A DNA stretch of 64,000 bases from Podarcis vaucheri (taxonomy: Eukaryota). Location: the NCBI GenBank assembly GCA_965113315.1, contig OZ220364.1; one strand, 5' to 3'. Positions 51,038 to 63,103 of this stretch are shown one piece after another. The translations under genes were made by a program, and so were the position numbers. How positions within the stretch are numbered: the stretch's first letter is position 1; every line of letters begins with the position of its first letter. The notes under the pieces were generated by a model, which worked only from the letters and a program-made list of their open reading frames with translations, did no database searches and was not told the origin of the DNA.

Positions 51038-52772
51038 CTACACGTAACATGTGAAAGAATAAGGACGTGACTGTGAAAAAGGAGGTGCCTGTTGCAATAA
51101 GATGGGAAATGATGTTTCAAGATAATATAAATATTGAGATTTCAGAAGACACATCTAATCTAATACACCCACACACCCCTTGACCTTGAATCAGGATGAT
51201 TGCTTGTGTTTACTAGAAACCATATTCTATAGCACAGGGCTTGGAGGAAAGACAGTTCTGTTGGGCATCAGGCACAGCAAGGGATATTAATGTGACCTGT
51301 CTAGCATATTGCAATGTAGCATATGATGCACTTCACATCGCTACTGCCGCTATGAAATTCTTTGGCTCAGAATTCCAGTAACAGACTTTCCAAGTGTGGA
51401 GCCATTATTCCAGCACAAAATTTTGGAGTTTTGACAAAACAATTCAAGCACCTTGGAACCAAGTGCAATTTGTTCTCTGGCAGCTTTAGCTCAGCAGCTG
51501 AGGCTAAGCTCACACTGTGCCAAATCCAAGTACGTGCTGCTTGCTTTATGAGGAAAAAAATATTACCGAAATTGAATTTCATAGCTCTCTCCACCTCCCC
51601 CATGCAGCTACCGCTTTGTGTTTTAAGTATTATATACAGTCATGACACCAGCTAATTGCATAGTTACAGCTACATAAGATGTTATTTCACGATAGCTCCA
51701 TGGTAACCCAAAGATGCGAGAGGCGGCGAAGAACAGAGGGAATCAACAAGTCAGAAGTGCAACAAGGGCTAAGACCTGGCAAGGACTGAAAAAGACAAAT
51801 AAGAAGGCAACATGCAGCTTGGCACCTGCACACTGGTGTTCCTTTGAAGCTAATAAATAACATTGTAACAGCCAAATACCAAAGGTCTCGACTCTAATTA
51901 TTGCCGTATTAACAGGGTACACCACACTTATGGCCACCATCCCAAAAGCTCATTTACATATAACAGCTCATGTATACGCGGCAGGACTTTTGATTTTTCC
52001 TTGTATCTGCAGCATCCCCATTCCTATTTCCATTATCCACAAAGGGATGTTCAAGAAACAGAAGTCAAAAACTAACTGCAGCTACTTGTACAGCTAGCTA
52101 GCTAGTGGCTTAGATTTAGTAATTTCAAAGAGAAGGGGCTCTGAAGAAGAATCTGAAGAAAGCTACTCATACTCAAGACTATCTGCAATGGAAGACCTTC
52201 CTCTATCATGGGCTCATTGAGGTCCAGCTGCTTAGTCACACTCCCAGAGGACATAAATGGAAGCTGCTGCTTAGTAGGCAAAAACCAAAGAGCAACACCA
52301 AGGATCAGAGCAGGAAATGCCACCCGAATAACCCTGGCACCATGGAGACACCTTGTTATTTCTAATCCTGATACCAGACCTGAATGTGATTTTTATTGCG
52401 AGAATATTTTCTAAGCTGCTTTGAGAGTGTCTCAATGCTATAAAGTCAGATTAAAATATTCTAAAACAGATAAATAAATCTCACTGAAATTAACTGAAAA
52501 TCAATCAATCAACCAATCACAGCTAACTTGTCCTATTGATTTTAGTGGGCCCCAAACATAATCAACTTTCTCCAGATTTGGACCTCTGTGCTGAGGCCAT
52601 CAAAATCCTCTGCCAATAAAAGATGAATTCTAAATCAGTTGAATGCTGAACTTACAGTACTTAAAGTGAAAGCAATGAACCTTCTAACTGAAGAGATATG
52701 ATCTAGCATACACTTCCCAGTACATGCTAAGCTTTGGTAAAAGCAAAGCAATGGTAAGATTCAATCCAATAG

Positions 52773-52797
52773 CAGAGAGAGAGAGAGAGAGAGAGAG
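52773..52797. repeat. (AG)n microsatellite
   Basis: Direct reading. Confidence 0.9.
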
Positions 52798-53065
52798 CGC
52801 GCACAGGAGTGCCCCCCCCCCATAAAACCTTTATAGTAATTCCATGACCTTATGCTTCAAGGAAGTAAGGTTGATGGGCCCCTTCTCCAAAGTTACCTTC
52901 TCTCATTTGGGTAGTCTTTCGTTCTCTTCTGACCACACCCCTCCACCCAGTCTGGGCAGGTCGTTACTGAAACAGAACTCCTCAGCCTTGGAAGGCAAAG
53001 TACTCATATGGTAAAGACGATGAAATATGACAGATTATTTCAGTGAGCATAGGCTGAAGACTCAC

Positions 53066-53123
53066 CTGGATTCTGCATTGTGGACAAGTCCGACTAGGTG
53101 CTGTGTCAAACCACTGAATGAGG
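53066..53123 (-). CDS. TRAIP: TRAIP coding exon 2 (RING C-half)
   Basis: (C)LIQWFDTAPSRTCPQCRIQ; 58 nt; AG/GTGAGT; phase consistent. Confidence 0.96.
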
Positions 53124-53188
53124 CTAGAGGGGAAGAGATGACAAAGTGATTGTTGACAAATGGTGCTTCTTAACATGAACCACACAGG

Positions 53189-54185
53189 TAGTGATGTTAA
53201 ATTCTCGAGAATAATCTTTTGGAGAATATTCTCGAGAATATTCTCAATTAATGAGAATATTAGAGAATTCTCATTTAAAATAGGAGAATATTCATTTTAA
53301 TGCATTGAAAATGATATAATTAGTTAACATACATGTTTATTCATGGGTAAATTTGTTCAGATGGCAACCAGAAACTGTACAGATACTTTTATTCAATGGG
53401 GCAATGCAGTGAATTCACATTCTTTGATTTTTTGCACCAAACTTGAAATTGAAAATTGGCATGTTAAGGTTTGATACAAGTAAATTCAGTAATAGGCTAT
53501 CTTGTGCTTCTAATAGCTCTAACACTTAATAACTGTGTTGGTGACTAAAACATAGCTTGATAAACAAATCTATATGCATGCATATAAAAAGAAGCCATTA
53601 ACATTAAATGTATTATCATTATATGATAACATATTTCAGTATGTCAGTCTCAGGTAAATGACACCTTGTACCATTGAATGGCACTGCAAAAACCAGTTTT
53701 TTGGGCATTAAATAAAAACATACAAATGTCAACTGTTTAAATCAAGGCCACCTCACATGCTGTTACACATAATTGTATAGGCCTAGATACTTTAAGTTTA
53801 TAAAGCATTAAAGCTACTTTCTGTAAAAAATAATAATCACACTGTATGGCCAAGGGTATAGAATTGCTAAAAATAAGGTCACACCCAAATAGAAAAAAGG
53901 CTATTACATATACAGTAGTTGAAATACAAATGAATTCAAATGTTCATCAAATTAAATGGATAGCATTTTGTTTTAAAAATGTTTTCTGTAGCTCACATTT
54001 CAGAACTGTCAATGGTGAATGACACAACTGGTTCAGAAAAATCATTATTCATTACTTACACTGGCACTATCATAGCTTGACTTATTATTTACTATGTTTT
54101 TTAAATGTGGGTTGTAAAATTGGTTCTTACATTAGAATTTACAGTTTGTAGAGAATATTATCTGGAGAATATGCTCACCTCACTA
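53189..54185. mobile_element. AT-rich non-autonomous hAT element (about 1 kb)
   Basis: TAGTGATGT / ACCTCACTA termini; TSD CACACAGG/CACGCAGG; subterminal GAGAATATTCTC repeats at both ends. Confidence 0.75.
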
Positions 54186-54612
54186 CACGCAGGCATTATC
54201 AGTTACAAACAAAACTCATCTAGTCTTGAGACAGACAGTTTTAGAATTAATTCTGCCACAGGGCCAACACCCTGGAATACACAGGGCTGCAATCCTGTGC
54301 ACACTTACTACCCTGAGATTTATTTCCATGCAAGTTTCACACATTTCAACTCCCATTTAAAATAAAGCAGTTTTGCTGAAATTTCAGTTTGCAACATCAC
54401 AGTGCTTGAACATCTTAAGCATTATTGCCGCTGCCATTGGGACAGTATTTAGCTTGGTAGACAATGAGTGGTACAAGGCATGCAGGCTCGCTTGTGATAT
54501 GATTATAAAGTGATACAAATCGTGATAAAGGAATAGGATATGGATATGTCTTAGGAATATATAGTGTTTGTCTTGAAACACTCATTTGGACATATCTTCA
54601 ATATAGGAAATA

Positions 54613-54824
54613 CAGTGGTACCTCGGGTTAAGAACTTAATTTATTCTGGAGGTCCGTTCTTAAACTGAAACTGTTCTTAACCTGAGGTACTACTTTAGCT
54701 AACGGGGCCTCCTGTTGCTGCGCGATTTCTGTTCTAATCATGAAGCAAAGTTCTTAACCCGATGTTCTATTTCTGGGTTAGCGGAGTCTGTAACCTGAAG
54801 CATCTGTAACCCGAGGCACCACTG
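54613..54824. mobile_element. Tc1/mariner MITE family A
   Basis: TIRs and TA TSD. Confidence 0.92.
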
Positions 54825-55635
54825 TAGCACAAAATATGCACACAGTGCATTAGGCTAGAAATGGCTCAGTACCACTGTGAACCTGGTCCTTCAGTCCTCA
54901 AATATTTTGACAGGCATCCGTGACACAGAAGGAAAAGCAGGACACAACAAACTCAGGAAATGAGTTACAGACCTATTTTATCAGGCAGAGAAAAATTATT
55001 GTCCTACTCCTAACCAGCACACTGTTTCTATAACTGCAGTTTCTTGATGATCAACATATCCATCCCCCCTCCTAAACCATAAAGACACCAGCCAACAACA
55101 AAAAAACTTGCCTTAATGCTTCTTTCTATTGTACCTACAACTATAATATCAGCCTGCCTGGGCCCTTAGATATGGAGGAACAGGCCCTTTTCATTGTCTC
55201 ACCATCCTGCGGTGGCATGAGATATGGCACCCTTTGTGGAGGTGCCCCTATTATAGAATAGCCTACTCCTCTGAAGTATGGCAGGCACCAATATTGCTGA
55301 CAATTGGGAGCCAGCTAGAAACTTCTATTTGCCCAGATGTTTGCTCATTGTTATAACACATTGTGTTTTCATGTTGGATTATTCAAATTCTGTATATTTT
55401 ACTTACACTTACTCTTATTTTTGCTCCCTTTGTAACCTGCCTTGGAATCATTTGAACAAGGGCAGGTTAAAAATGCTCTTAATGAACAAATAGTAAAAAA
55501 TAAGATGTTTCCAAGTATTATTTCACAAATAAGATGTAATGAAAAGTTGATGTGTAAAAAAAAAAAAAGAGAGTTGCTTAGGTTCTTAAATAACTTTCCT
55601 CCACCAATTTTGCCATTTGTTTATACAGTACTCAC

Positions 55636-55733
55636 CATAAATGGTGGAAAGTATGTCCACAGTGAATAGCTGCCACATCCCTCTCATTATCAAAGAAATC
55701 TGAGCAGATGGTACAATGGGCACGGATAGGCAT
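55636..55733 (-). CDS. TRAIP: TRAIP E3 ubiquitin ligase, coding exon 1 (RING N-half)
   Basis: MPIRAHCTICSDFFDNERDVAAIHCGHTFHHL(C); 98 nt; donor GTGAGT at 55635; preceded by acceptor tcttgcAG at 55744-55743. Confidence 0.96.
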
Positions 55734-56217
55734 CCTTTACAACTGCAAGATCAAGGAAAAGATGCAAAAACTCAGATGTGGAACAGCCTCTCTGCAAAAA
55801 GAAACACCAAACTTAAAAGAGGTTCTGCCCAATAAGAAAACAGTCACAAGGGCATATCCTGAATGCTGGTTCCCTTTCCCCACCCGTACACTGAAGAACT
55901 GAATTTGCACTTGATGATCTCTCTGTGCCCTGCACTACATTCCAGGTTACTGAAAACTTAGACAAAAATAACAGCAGCAAAATCCAGAGGGGAAAGCATT
56001 CCTTCCTGCATTTCTGGTTTTGCTCTATAGTCCCAAACAGCCAGCGAAAACACCTTACACTCCCCTCCGAAGCTCTTTCATTGTCACAGCCAGTTACTTA
56101 ACTGGGCAACACCAGCTGTAATATGGGATGTTCAGTACGTCAACTACCACTAGCCAGCAAGATATAGGTCAGATATTCATTACAAACAAAGTATTAGCAA
56201 AACATTAGGACAAAGTA

Positions 56218-56433
56218 CAGTGGTACCTCGGGTTAAGAACTTAATTCGTTCTGCAGGTCCGTTCTTAACCTGAAACTGTTCTTAACCTGAGGTACCACTT
56301 TAGCTAATGGGGCTGCCGCTCCACTGCCACGTAATTTCTGTTCTCATCCTGAATCAAAGTTCTTAACCCGAGGTACTATTTCTGGGTTAGTGGAGTCTGT
56401 AACCTGAAGCGTATGTAACCTGAGGTACCACTG
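56218..56433. mobile_element. Tc1/mariner MITE family A
   Basis: TIRs and TA TSD. Confidence 0.92.
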
Positions 56434-56568
56434 TACTGCCTCTTATCAAAAGGAGGATTCAACAAGCACAGACCGCTTTCAGAATTTGATGAAAGCTGCA
56501 AACTCTTCCTCAGATTCCCCTTCCCTGTAGACCCTTTTCAAAACAGCAGGAAGGAAATGAAGAGGGTA

Positions 56569-56613
<45 letters not shown>
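56569..56613. repeat. (AAT)n microsatellite, about 15 units
   Basis: Direct reading. Confidence 0.92.
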
Positions 56614-56859
56614 TCCTCCCCCCCCCCCAACTCCACAAACCTGCTGAAGCCCACAGGTTAAGAAGCTCTCCTTTAAATCTCTACCTTGGGCTAGTCAGTG
56701 TCTCCAAGAATAACTAGCCTCACGAGCCTTAAGTGGTGGGGACAGAAGCTTTGGTTGCGGGGACTGAACAGAAGAAGAATAAAAATGTACAATTAGGCAG
56801 CTTCCCAAACTCACAAAGCCTCTGCCTATAAAAAGCTGGCAGAGAAAGAGGAAGCCCAG

Positions 56860-57330
56860 GGGCCAGTCCTCTCGCTCAGCTCCAGGGAGATGGAGCGAGA
56901 CTTCTCTCGAGGTGACCCGCGAAGCTTCCCCGCCCGTCTCGAGCTCTTGTCCTTCAGCTTCCTTCCCCCGCCCTGAACCCGGGAAGCTTCCCTGGAAGGA
57001 GCGCTCTCTCCCTGCAGCCGCCGCTATCAGACCCAACAATGAACCTGTCGGTTTCCAGTTCAAGCCTCACTTGGTTGCCGGATTCAAATTTGGTTCCTAT
57101 CTCAGTGATTTCCGGAACTGAACGGAAATGACGTTCTTAATTAAGGCGCGGGAGAAAAAAAGGAAAAAGCCCCCCCCCTGTTTTTTTTAACGCTTCCGAC
57201 ACTGCGGCTGCCCCTTTTGAGGGGCGGGGCTAATAAGTGCTCGCGCCCCTCCCGGAGCGCGTGGCTAAAGGGGAAATGGGTGCTGCAAAAGGCAAAGCCG
57301 TCCTGCATCGGGGCGGCGCTCTTAGAATTA
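56860..57330. promoter_or_regulatory. CpG-rich TRAIP promoter
   Basis: CpG cluster with GGGGCGGGGC (about 57221-57230), ETS cores (CCGGAA, CTTCCG), CGGAAATGACGT ETS/CRE-like site, E2F-like TTCTCCCGCGCC (minus, about 57145-57157) and CHR-like TTTGAA (minus, 57083-57088). Confidence 0.75.
57071..57140 (-). other. TRAIP: Probable non-coding exon 1 of TRAIP; 5' end approximate
   Basis: The ATG exon has a good acceptor 9 nt before the ATG; the CpG island lies 1.3 kb upstream; donor CCAA|GTGAGG at 57070. Confidence 0.55.
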
Positions 57331-57396
57331 GAAAGAGATAGGGCATCTGTAATCGGACTTTTTATTACATTTAGTTCTAGAAAAAGCTGCCTTGAA

Positions 57397-57497
57397 CATG
57401 GACGTAGCCAGGATTTATGTTGGGGGGTGGGAAGAGCCTCAATTGAGTATTTTTATTGAGTTATTTGCCCCCTGCCCCCCCCCTGGCTACGCCTATG
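57397..57497. mobile_element. Small MITE (PIF/Harbinger-like termini)
   Basis: CATGGACGTAGCCAGG / CCTGGCTACGCCTATG inverted ends. Confidence 0.6.
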
Positions 57498-57539
57498 GTC
57501 TTGAGTCCCGTCAGGGCGAAAGGCGGGGTATTAAAAATA

Positions 57540-57790
57540 TACGTAATAATCTAAATTGACAGAGGCAATTAGAGATCAATCCAAACATAAATTTCAAGAA
57601 GAATGGGGAAAATATAGTATCTGAAAAAACTGCATTCAGATTAATACCTGGACTTGTCTTGACTAATTTCCGCAAAACAAATTATGGTGTAAGAATGTAA
57701 GATAAAGAGCAAAATAGAGAAGAGGAATTGAGAAAGAAACAGTTTACTAAGTATACAACCGGACCTGTCCTGTGTTGAGGATGAAGGAAG
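57540..57790 (+). mobile_element. L1-clade 3' end remnant
   Basis: AGAGATCAA...AAATTTCAAGAAGAATGG similar to the L1 end at about 13180-13230. Confidence 0.5.
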
Positions 57791-57914
57791 TCAAATAGAA
57801 ATGAATAAGAATTAGGGATGTACAGTATCTGTAACATCTGCTTTGCATTTGTAGTTGTAGTATCTTGTTGTGTTTGTTTTGTGAGTGTTGTCTGTGTTGG
57901 TGTCGGTATAATAG

Positions 57915-57977
57915 ATATATATATATATATATGAACAAAGACAACAGGCATATCTATCTATCTATCTATCTATCTAT
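57915..57977. repeat. (AT)n and (TATC)n microsatellites
   Basis: Direct reading. Confidence 0.85.
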
Positions 57978-59746
57978 TAATATGAACTTTTTGTACAAGG
58001 ATTTTGTACAATGATTGGGGAAATGTTACAGAAGTCATAAGATTTGATGACATGATGCCCATTATACACACGAGGTTGCTTCTGGCTACAGGCTTTTTAT
58101 TTCCTTACCTGCCAGGGAATTCAGACGCTCCTCCTGCCACACCAAGCTTCTTCAGAGCGAGTGGCCGGACATCAATAATCCTGGATGGGTGGAGTCACGG
58201 ACCATTACGGCTGCTATATTCAATATGGGATGAAGCTTATATGCAGTTTTGCCTAAAGGATGCAATTCTTATATGGAAGTGATAATCGAAAATGGGCTGA
58301 ACAGGGGATGAGCTGGAAAACCTGCAATGTTTGCCATTTCTACAGAGCTATTAAAAAGTGTAGGAATAATGTCCTGTCTTGAATCCAGTGTCTACTGTTG
58401 CTTGAGGGGACTATTATTTTTTAAAGTTACAACTCTCAGAATTAATAAAATAGGATGTATTGCAAATTAAGTGTGCACAGAATTGGACCCTTGCATCCTA
58501 ACCATGGTTATTTGGAAATAGTTCATGGGTTGCGTCTAATGTTAGAGCAGACTCCTTGAAATTAACAGATTTGACAGTTTAAGTGCATTAATTCCAGTGG
58601 TTCTTATTCAAAGTAGAATTGGATACAAATCCATGGTGGTATTTGTTTCTATTTTGGTAAGTATGCTTAGGATTGCATCTGTGCAATTCTAAGCATGCTT
58701 GGTTAGAAGTACCACTAAATACAGTGAGTGGAATTCAATGCTAGGTAGGGTATCTGTGTATAGAACACGGTTTACCTGCAATGAGACTTCCCCAAATCTG
58801 TCTTGGAGGTGTTGGGGAGGAGGGGAAAGGCCTGTTGTACAAGGTGACCTCGTTCAATGCATATGGCAATTTAGTTGAATCCAGTGTAATGAGATTACAA
58901 CAAAACAATATAAAATATATGTTATTGAGGAAATGCAGTTATTTATCATCCTTCTTTCGTCGTCTTCTTTAACCCCACATGAAGACATTTCCACACCCAA
59001 CCTCCCAGATTTGCCTAAGCCAGTTTTCGGCACATTTCCCTTCAGATTTGAGAATAGCTCTGGGGGCTTTTAACTGAGTGTATTTTGGTGCTTTCTTTTT
59101 CGCTGCAATTTCCCCAGTGGAGCAGCACCTCAAGTTGTAAATGAATCCAGGGACTGCTGGCGCTGTTGCTTATTTTCAAAGCATGGAAACAGTAAGTTCA
59201 CATCCCATCTGTGTCATATCTAATAACAACAATGTACAAATCTTAGGGAAATCTACAGTTTGACATAGCAGGGTTTCTCACAGAAGAACTCATTGTACAA
59301 TTTCTATAATAAGACTCCCTTGTTGGGCTTTGCTAAACAGAAATAATATGGTATCTAGAAACAAAGGCAAAACAATTTGGTGGGTTGAAGCTGGTGAAGA
59401 CATTTCTGTGGGAATTAAAAATTCAACACCATTTGTGCTTCGTTAAATGCAACTGCAGGCTGTCACACATTGCATAAAGGTCTTAAACTTGTCATTTTGG
59501 TTGTGAAACCTGGAAAAGAAAACTTTTCTGGTGATATTTGACACTGCGAATGGATTATTTCCAGCCTGTTTTGTGCAGAACAAAGAGATTAACTTAGCTT
59601 TGTAGAGATATATAAAATATTTACTAGCTTACACAACTGTATGCAGCTAGATGACATGACGGGTCTGGCAACACTTGCATAATTGGTTGGGATAGATGTG
59701 ACATGTATTGCTCAGAGGGCTTTTGAGCCTCCTGTTATATAGAATA

Positions 59747-59949
59747 CAGTGGTACCTTGGGTTAAGTACTTAATTCGTTCCGGAGGTCCATTCTTAACCA
59801 GAAACTGTTCTTAACCTGAAGCACCTCTTGCTGCTGCCGCGCCGCCGGAGCCCGATTTCTGTTCCTGAAGCAAAGTTCTTAACCTGATGCACTATTTCTG
59901 GGTTAGCGGAGTGTGTAACCTGAAGCATATGTAACCCGAGGTACCACTG
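59747..59949. mobile_element. Tc1/mariner MITE family A (internal deletion)
   Basis: TIRs and TA TSD. Confidence 0.9.
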
Positions 59950-60189
59950 TAGTTTTAAATGCACCTGTACCACCTTTTGAAAATCAGTTAAGGACCAGGT
60001 ATGAAGGTAGATTTACAGTTGCGTTTATACCGTCTTCTATTTCCTGCGTCACCTGAGAACAGATGTATTCTGCCTTGAAATATATAACCTTCTAGCCCTC
60101 CATTCCCCCCATACAGTTGTACATATTTGGGAATAACCTTTTCATATTTTAAGCTTGCCTACTTGCATTGAAACATCTCTTTTGTCACC

Positions 60190-60660
60190 ATTGAGAACGT
60201 CAAAAAGCCTTGCTGAATCAGATGAGGCCCATTAGTCCAGTATTATGTTTCGTCCAATGGCCCAAGAGATGCTTCCAAGAATTCCACAGGCATGGCAGAA
60301 ACTAAAGATAGCAGCCCTTCTTTGGTGTTTGTCCCTCTGTTACTGATCGTCAGAGGCATGTTGCTTCTGTGATTCCAAAAGGTACAATGGCTAATAGTTG
60401 TTGGTAGATTTATCGTTCATGAATTGGCTAAATCCCCTTTGAAAGCTGCCTAAGACAGTGACCATCCAATTATTGTGCCAGCAAATTCCATAAATTAATT
60501 GCATGCTTGTGAAATATTTTTTATTTTGTGTGTTATGAGTCTAATTGCATGACTCCATGTTCTAGTGTTATGAGTGAAAGAAAAATCTTCCTTTTCCCCC
60601 AAGCAATGTATTTTATGACTCTGTTATGCCTACCTTTCATCATATTTTCTAAGCTCATGG
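60190..60660 (-). mobile_element. Old CR1-like 3' fragment; related 3' piece on plus at about 27975-28115
   Basis: GCCTTGCTGAATCAGA..GGCCC..TAGTCCAG motif typical of reptile CR1 3' ends. Confidence 0.5.
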
Positions 60661-62923
60661 TGGCATTGCAGTTGAGTAGTCACAGGGCTGCATGGACGAG
60701 CATTTGGGGAACTTAACTGGGGTAATGTTTTCTGCATTTGCTGGCGTGGTGCTATTTAAAACAAAGCATAACTTTTTATGTGCATTAACTGAAGTTGGGT
60801 ATGATTCCCAAGTGATCATTAAAGTGCTTCAAAATGCTTGTGTGTTTTTGACCTCAGCTTTACCATGATAGCTTGTTCCACTTTCCTGTCATATCTAATC
60901 TGGAAAACCATTTTCTCCTGCAAATTGTAACAGAATTCCCTAGCAGAGGTTCTGGTAAGGATACATTTCTGGGGAGGGTATGTGGTAGGACATGAAATTG
61001 CATCTCCTTGTTCCTCTTGCAGTGCCATGAGCTAGTATACAAATATGGAGGCAAGAAAGCTGTTGTAAATTGTTAAGCACAAAAAGACAAGATTCTGGTT
61101 GCTGCTATTAGTTGACTGGTTGGGCTTCCTGATCTAGTAACTACTGGCGGAAGGCCATAGGTTCCCCAAACATGCCATAAATGAGATAAGTAATCAGTGA
61201 ACATGTGTGTAGTCTTTAGGTGGCCATGTTGTGCATCTTGAGGACATCAGTAAGTTAGGTTTCTTGCTTGAAGAATGCAAGATTGTGCAACAGGACCTCT
61301 TCCCCAGGCTGAAACAGGAATTTTATGTAGGGCCTTGACGGTGGGGCGTGGAAGGTGGAAAAGAAAACAAGACATGTCTACTCTAACATATTATACTGGC
61401 CTCATATTAGGCTTAATTGACAGGGTTTCCTCCCAGTTACAAAGCGGAGGGCTTAAATTGGTTTTAAAGCAGGTATAAAATCATGGCATAGTTGTGTCTC
61501 CCTTCCTATCTCAGGCCACTTTCCAAATTATATCTATATTGTATAAAAATGGACCAGCATTATTCACAGCCCTGGCATTAGTTGGAAAAAGACAGCCCCT
61601 AGCAGGATTGTGTGTACAGTGAAGACACAGAGACAGACAATGCACTAGCAGGTGCTCTCTCAGTTTACCCTTAGAAGGGACTTTATTTTTTTTTCCAGTG
61701 GTACAGTGCGGCAATTACACAGGAATTTCTGGGTGGTTGTAGTTTAAATAAAACAATTTCATAGACTAAACTCAAACTTACAAACATGCAGCTGCTTGTG
61801 AGGGAGGAGAAAGGCTAAGAAATGCTGGAGTCCGTAACTGAGGCAGGCAGGTGGCTGAGAAGGCCTTGAAGTCTACTACGTAGGCTGTTCACAACAAGAG
61901 CCAGGCTTCTCTGTTCTTTATGTGGGACTGAACCTGGGATAGCAAGACCCAGTTATGGGAAATGAGGGTGCTTGTGGTTCATGTGGAGGGTTTGACAGGG
62001 GCTCTGCCTTCAACAGGTGTGCGACAGACAAGGAACTCTTCTGTCAGCTTCAAGATGCAGTGATGGATAAAGCATAGCCGTATGATTTCAGCATACTATG
62101 CTGTTGGTAAAAGGCAATGGACCTCCTTCAGGAAAGAAAGTGGCAACTTGATTCAAACTTCATGTTGAACACGGCTGAGGTGGGTCTTTCTCTCCCCAAG
62201 TGTGTAGTATATGTGGGATTTTACAATAATTAACAGCTGTGCATGAATCTCAAGCTTCTGTGCTAATTGACATATAACCCAGGTGCTCCTATTTGAGTTG
62301 TTGTGCTTAACTTGTGTCAAGTTAATCATTCACAACATTTCTATGCCGTTCCATAAAATAAAGTTATCTGAGCTGCTTACGAGAAGCCAAGGTCCTTTCA
62401 CACCAAAAGAAACAGCTCCTTCCTAACCTCAGTCTGTCCCAAAGCCATAACTTCTGTTTAAAATAGTTCAATGGGATTTACTTTCAGGTAAGTGAGTATA
62501 TGATTGACACTTGACCTGGGAGTAGGTTCCACTGAACTCAGAGAAGGCCTGTACTGCCAATCTAATGCTTAAATGGGCAAAAAATATCTATGAACTTGTA
62601 GCAATTTTAGTACTTGCCTGATCTAGAGCATTCTTGTTTATACTAGTCTATATTATATATAAAAAAAATACTGAATAGATGAAGTATATTGCACATTTTT
62701 GAGTTAGCAAAAACAGGTAAATGCATTCAATTCTAACTATGCAGGCGCTTGCCTTGACAGTAATTCAGAAAAGGGGGTTGCCATGGCGCTGCCCATGAGC
62801 TCAGTGGCATCCCTGTGGCCTTTCCCTGACATCCATGAAGCCTCTGAGCCCCTCTCCTCACTATTTCCTTTGTCATGAGGTGGTAATAGCTATTAAGGGT
62901 ACCTTTTTCTCCCTTGAAAAGTA

Positions 62924-63103
62924 CCGTATTTACTCGAGTCTAATGTGCCATCAAATCTAATGTGCACCCCAATTTTCAGAACCTTGAAACCAAAGAAAGT
63001 ATTTGCCGGCAAATTTAAACGTGCCATCGAATCTGATGCACACCTTAATTTTCGCAACGTAATTTGGCCAAATAAGGTGAGCATTAGATTTGAGTAAATA
63101 CGG
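62924..63103. mobile_element. Tc2/pogo-like MITE (180 bp)
   Basis: TIR CCGTATTTACTC / GAGTAAATACGG; TA TSD; internal ATCTAATGYGCAC repeats. Confidence 0.85.

Noticed and set aside
58109-58180. DVRPLALKK resembles TRAIP last-exon EIRPLALR, suggesting a duplicated exon
   Set aside because: Similarity is limited to about 7 residues, with no flanking similarity, U12 branch site or PIP box.
14551-59949. Recurring palindromic repeats as a CRISPR-like array
   Set aside because: They are dispersed, TA-flanked MITEs in a eukaryotic genome, not regularly spaced repeat-spacer units.
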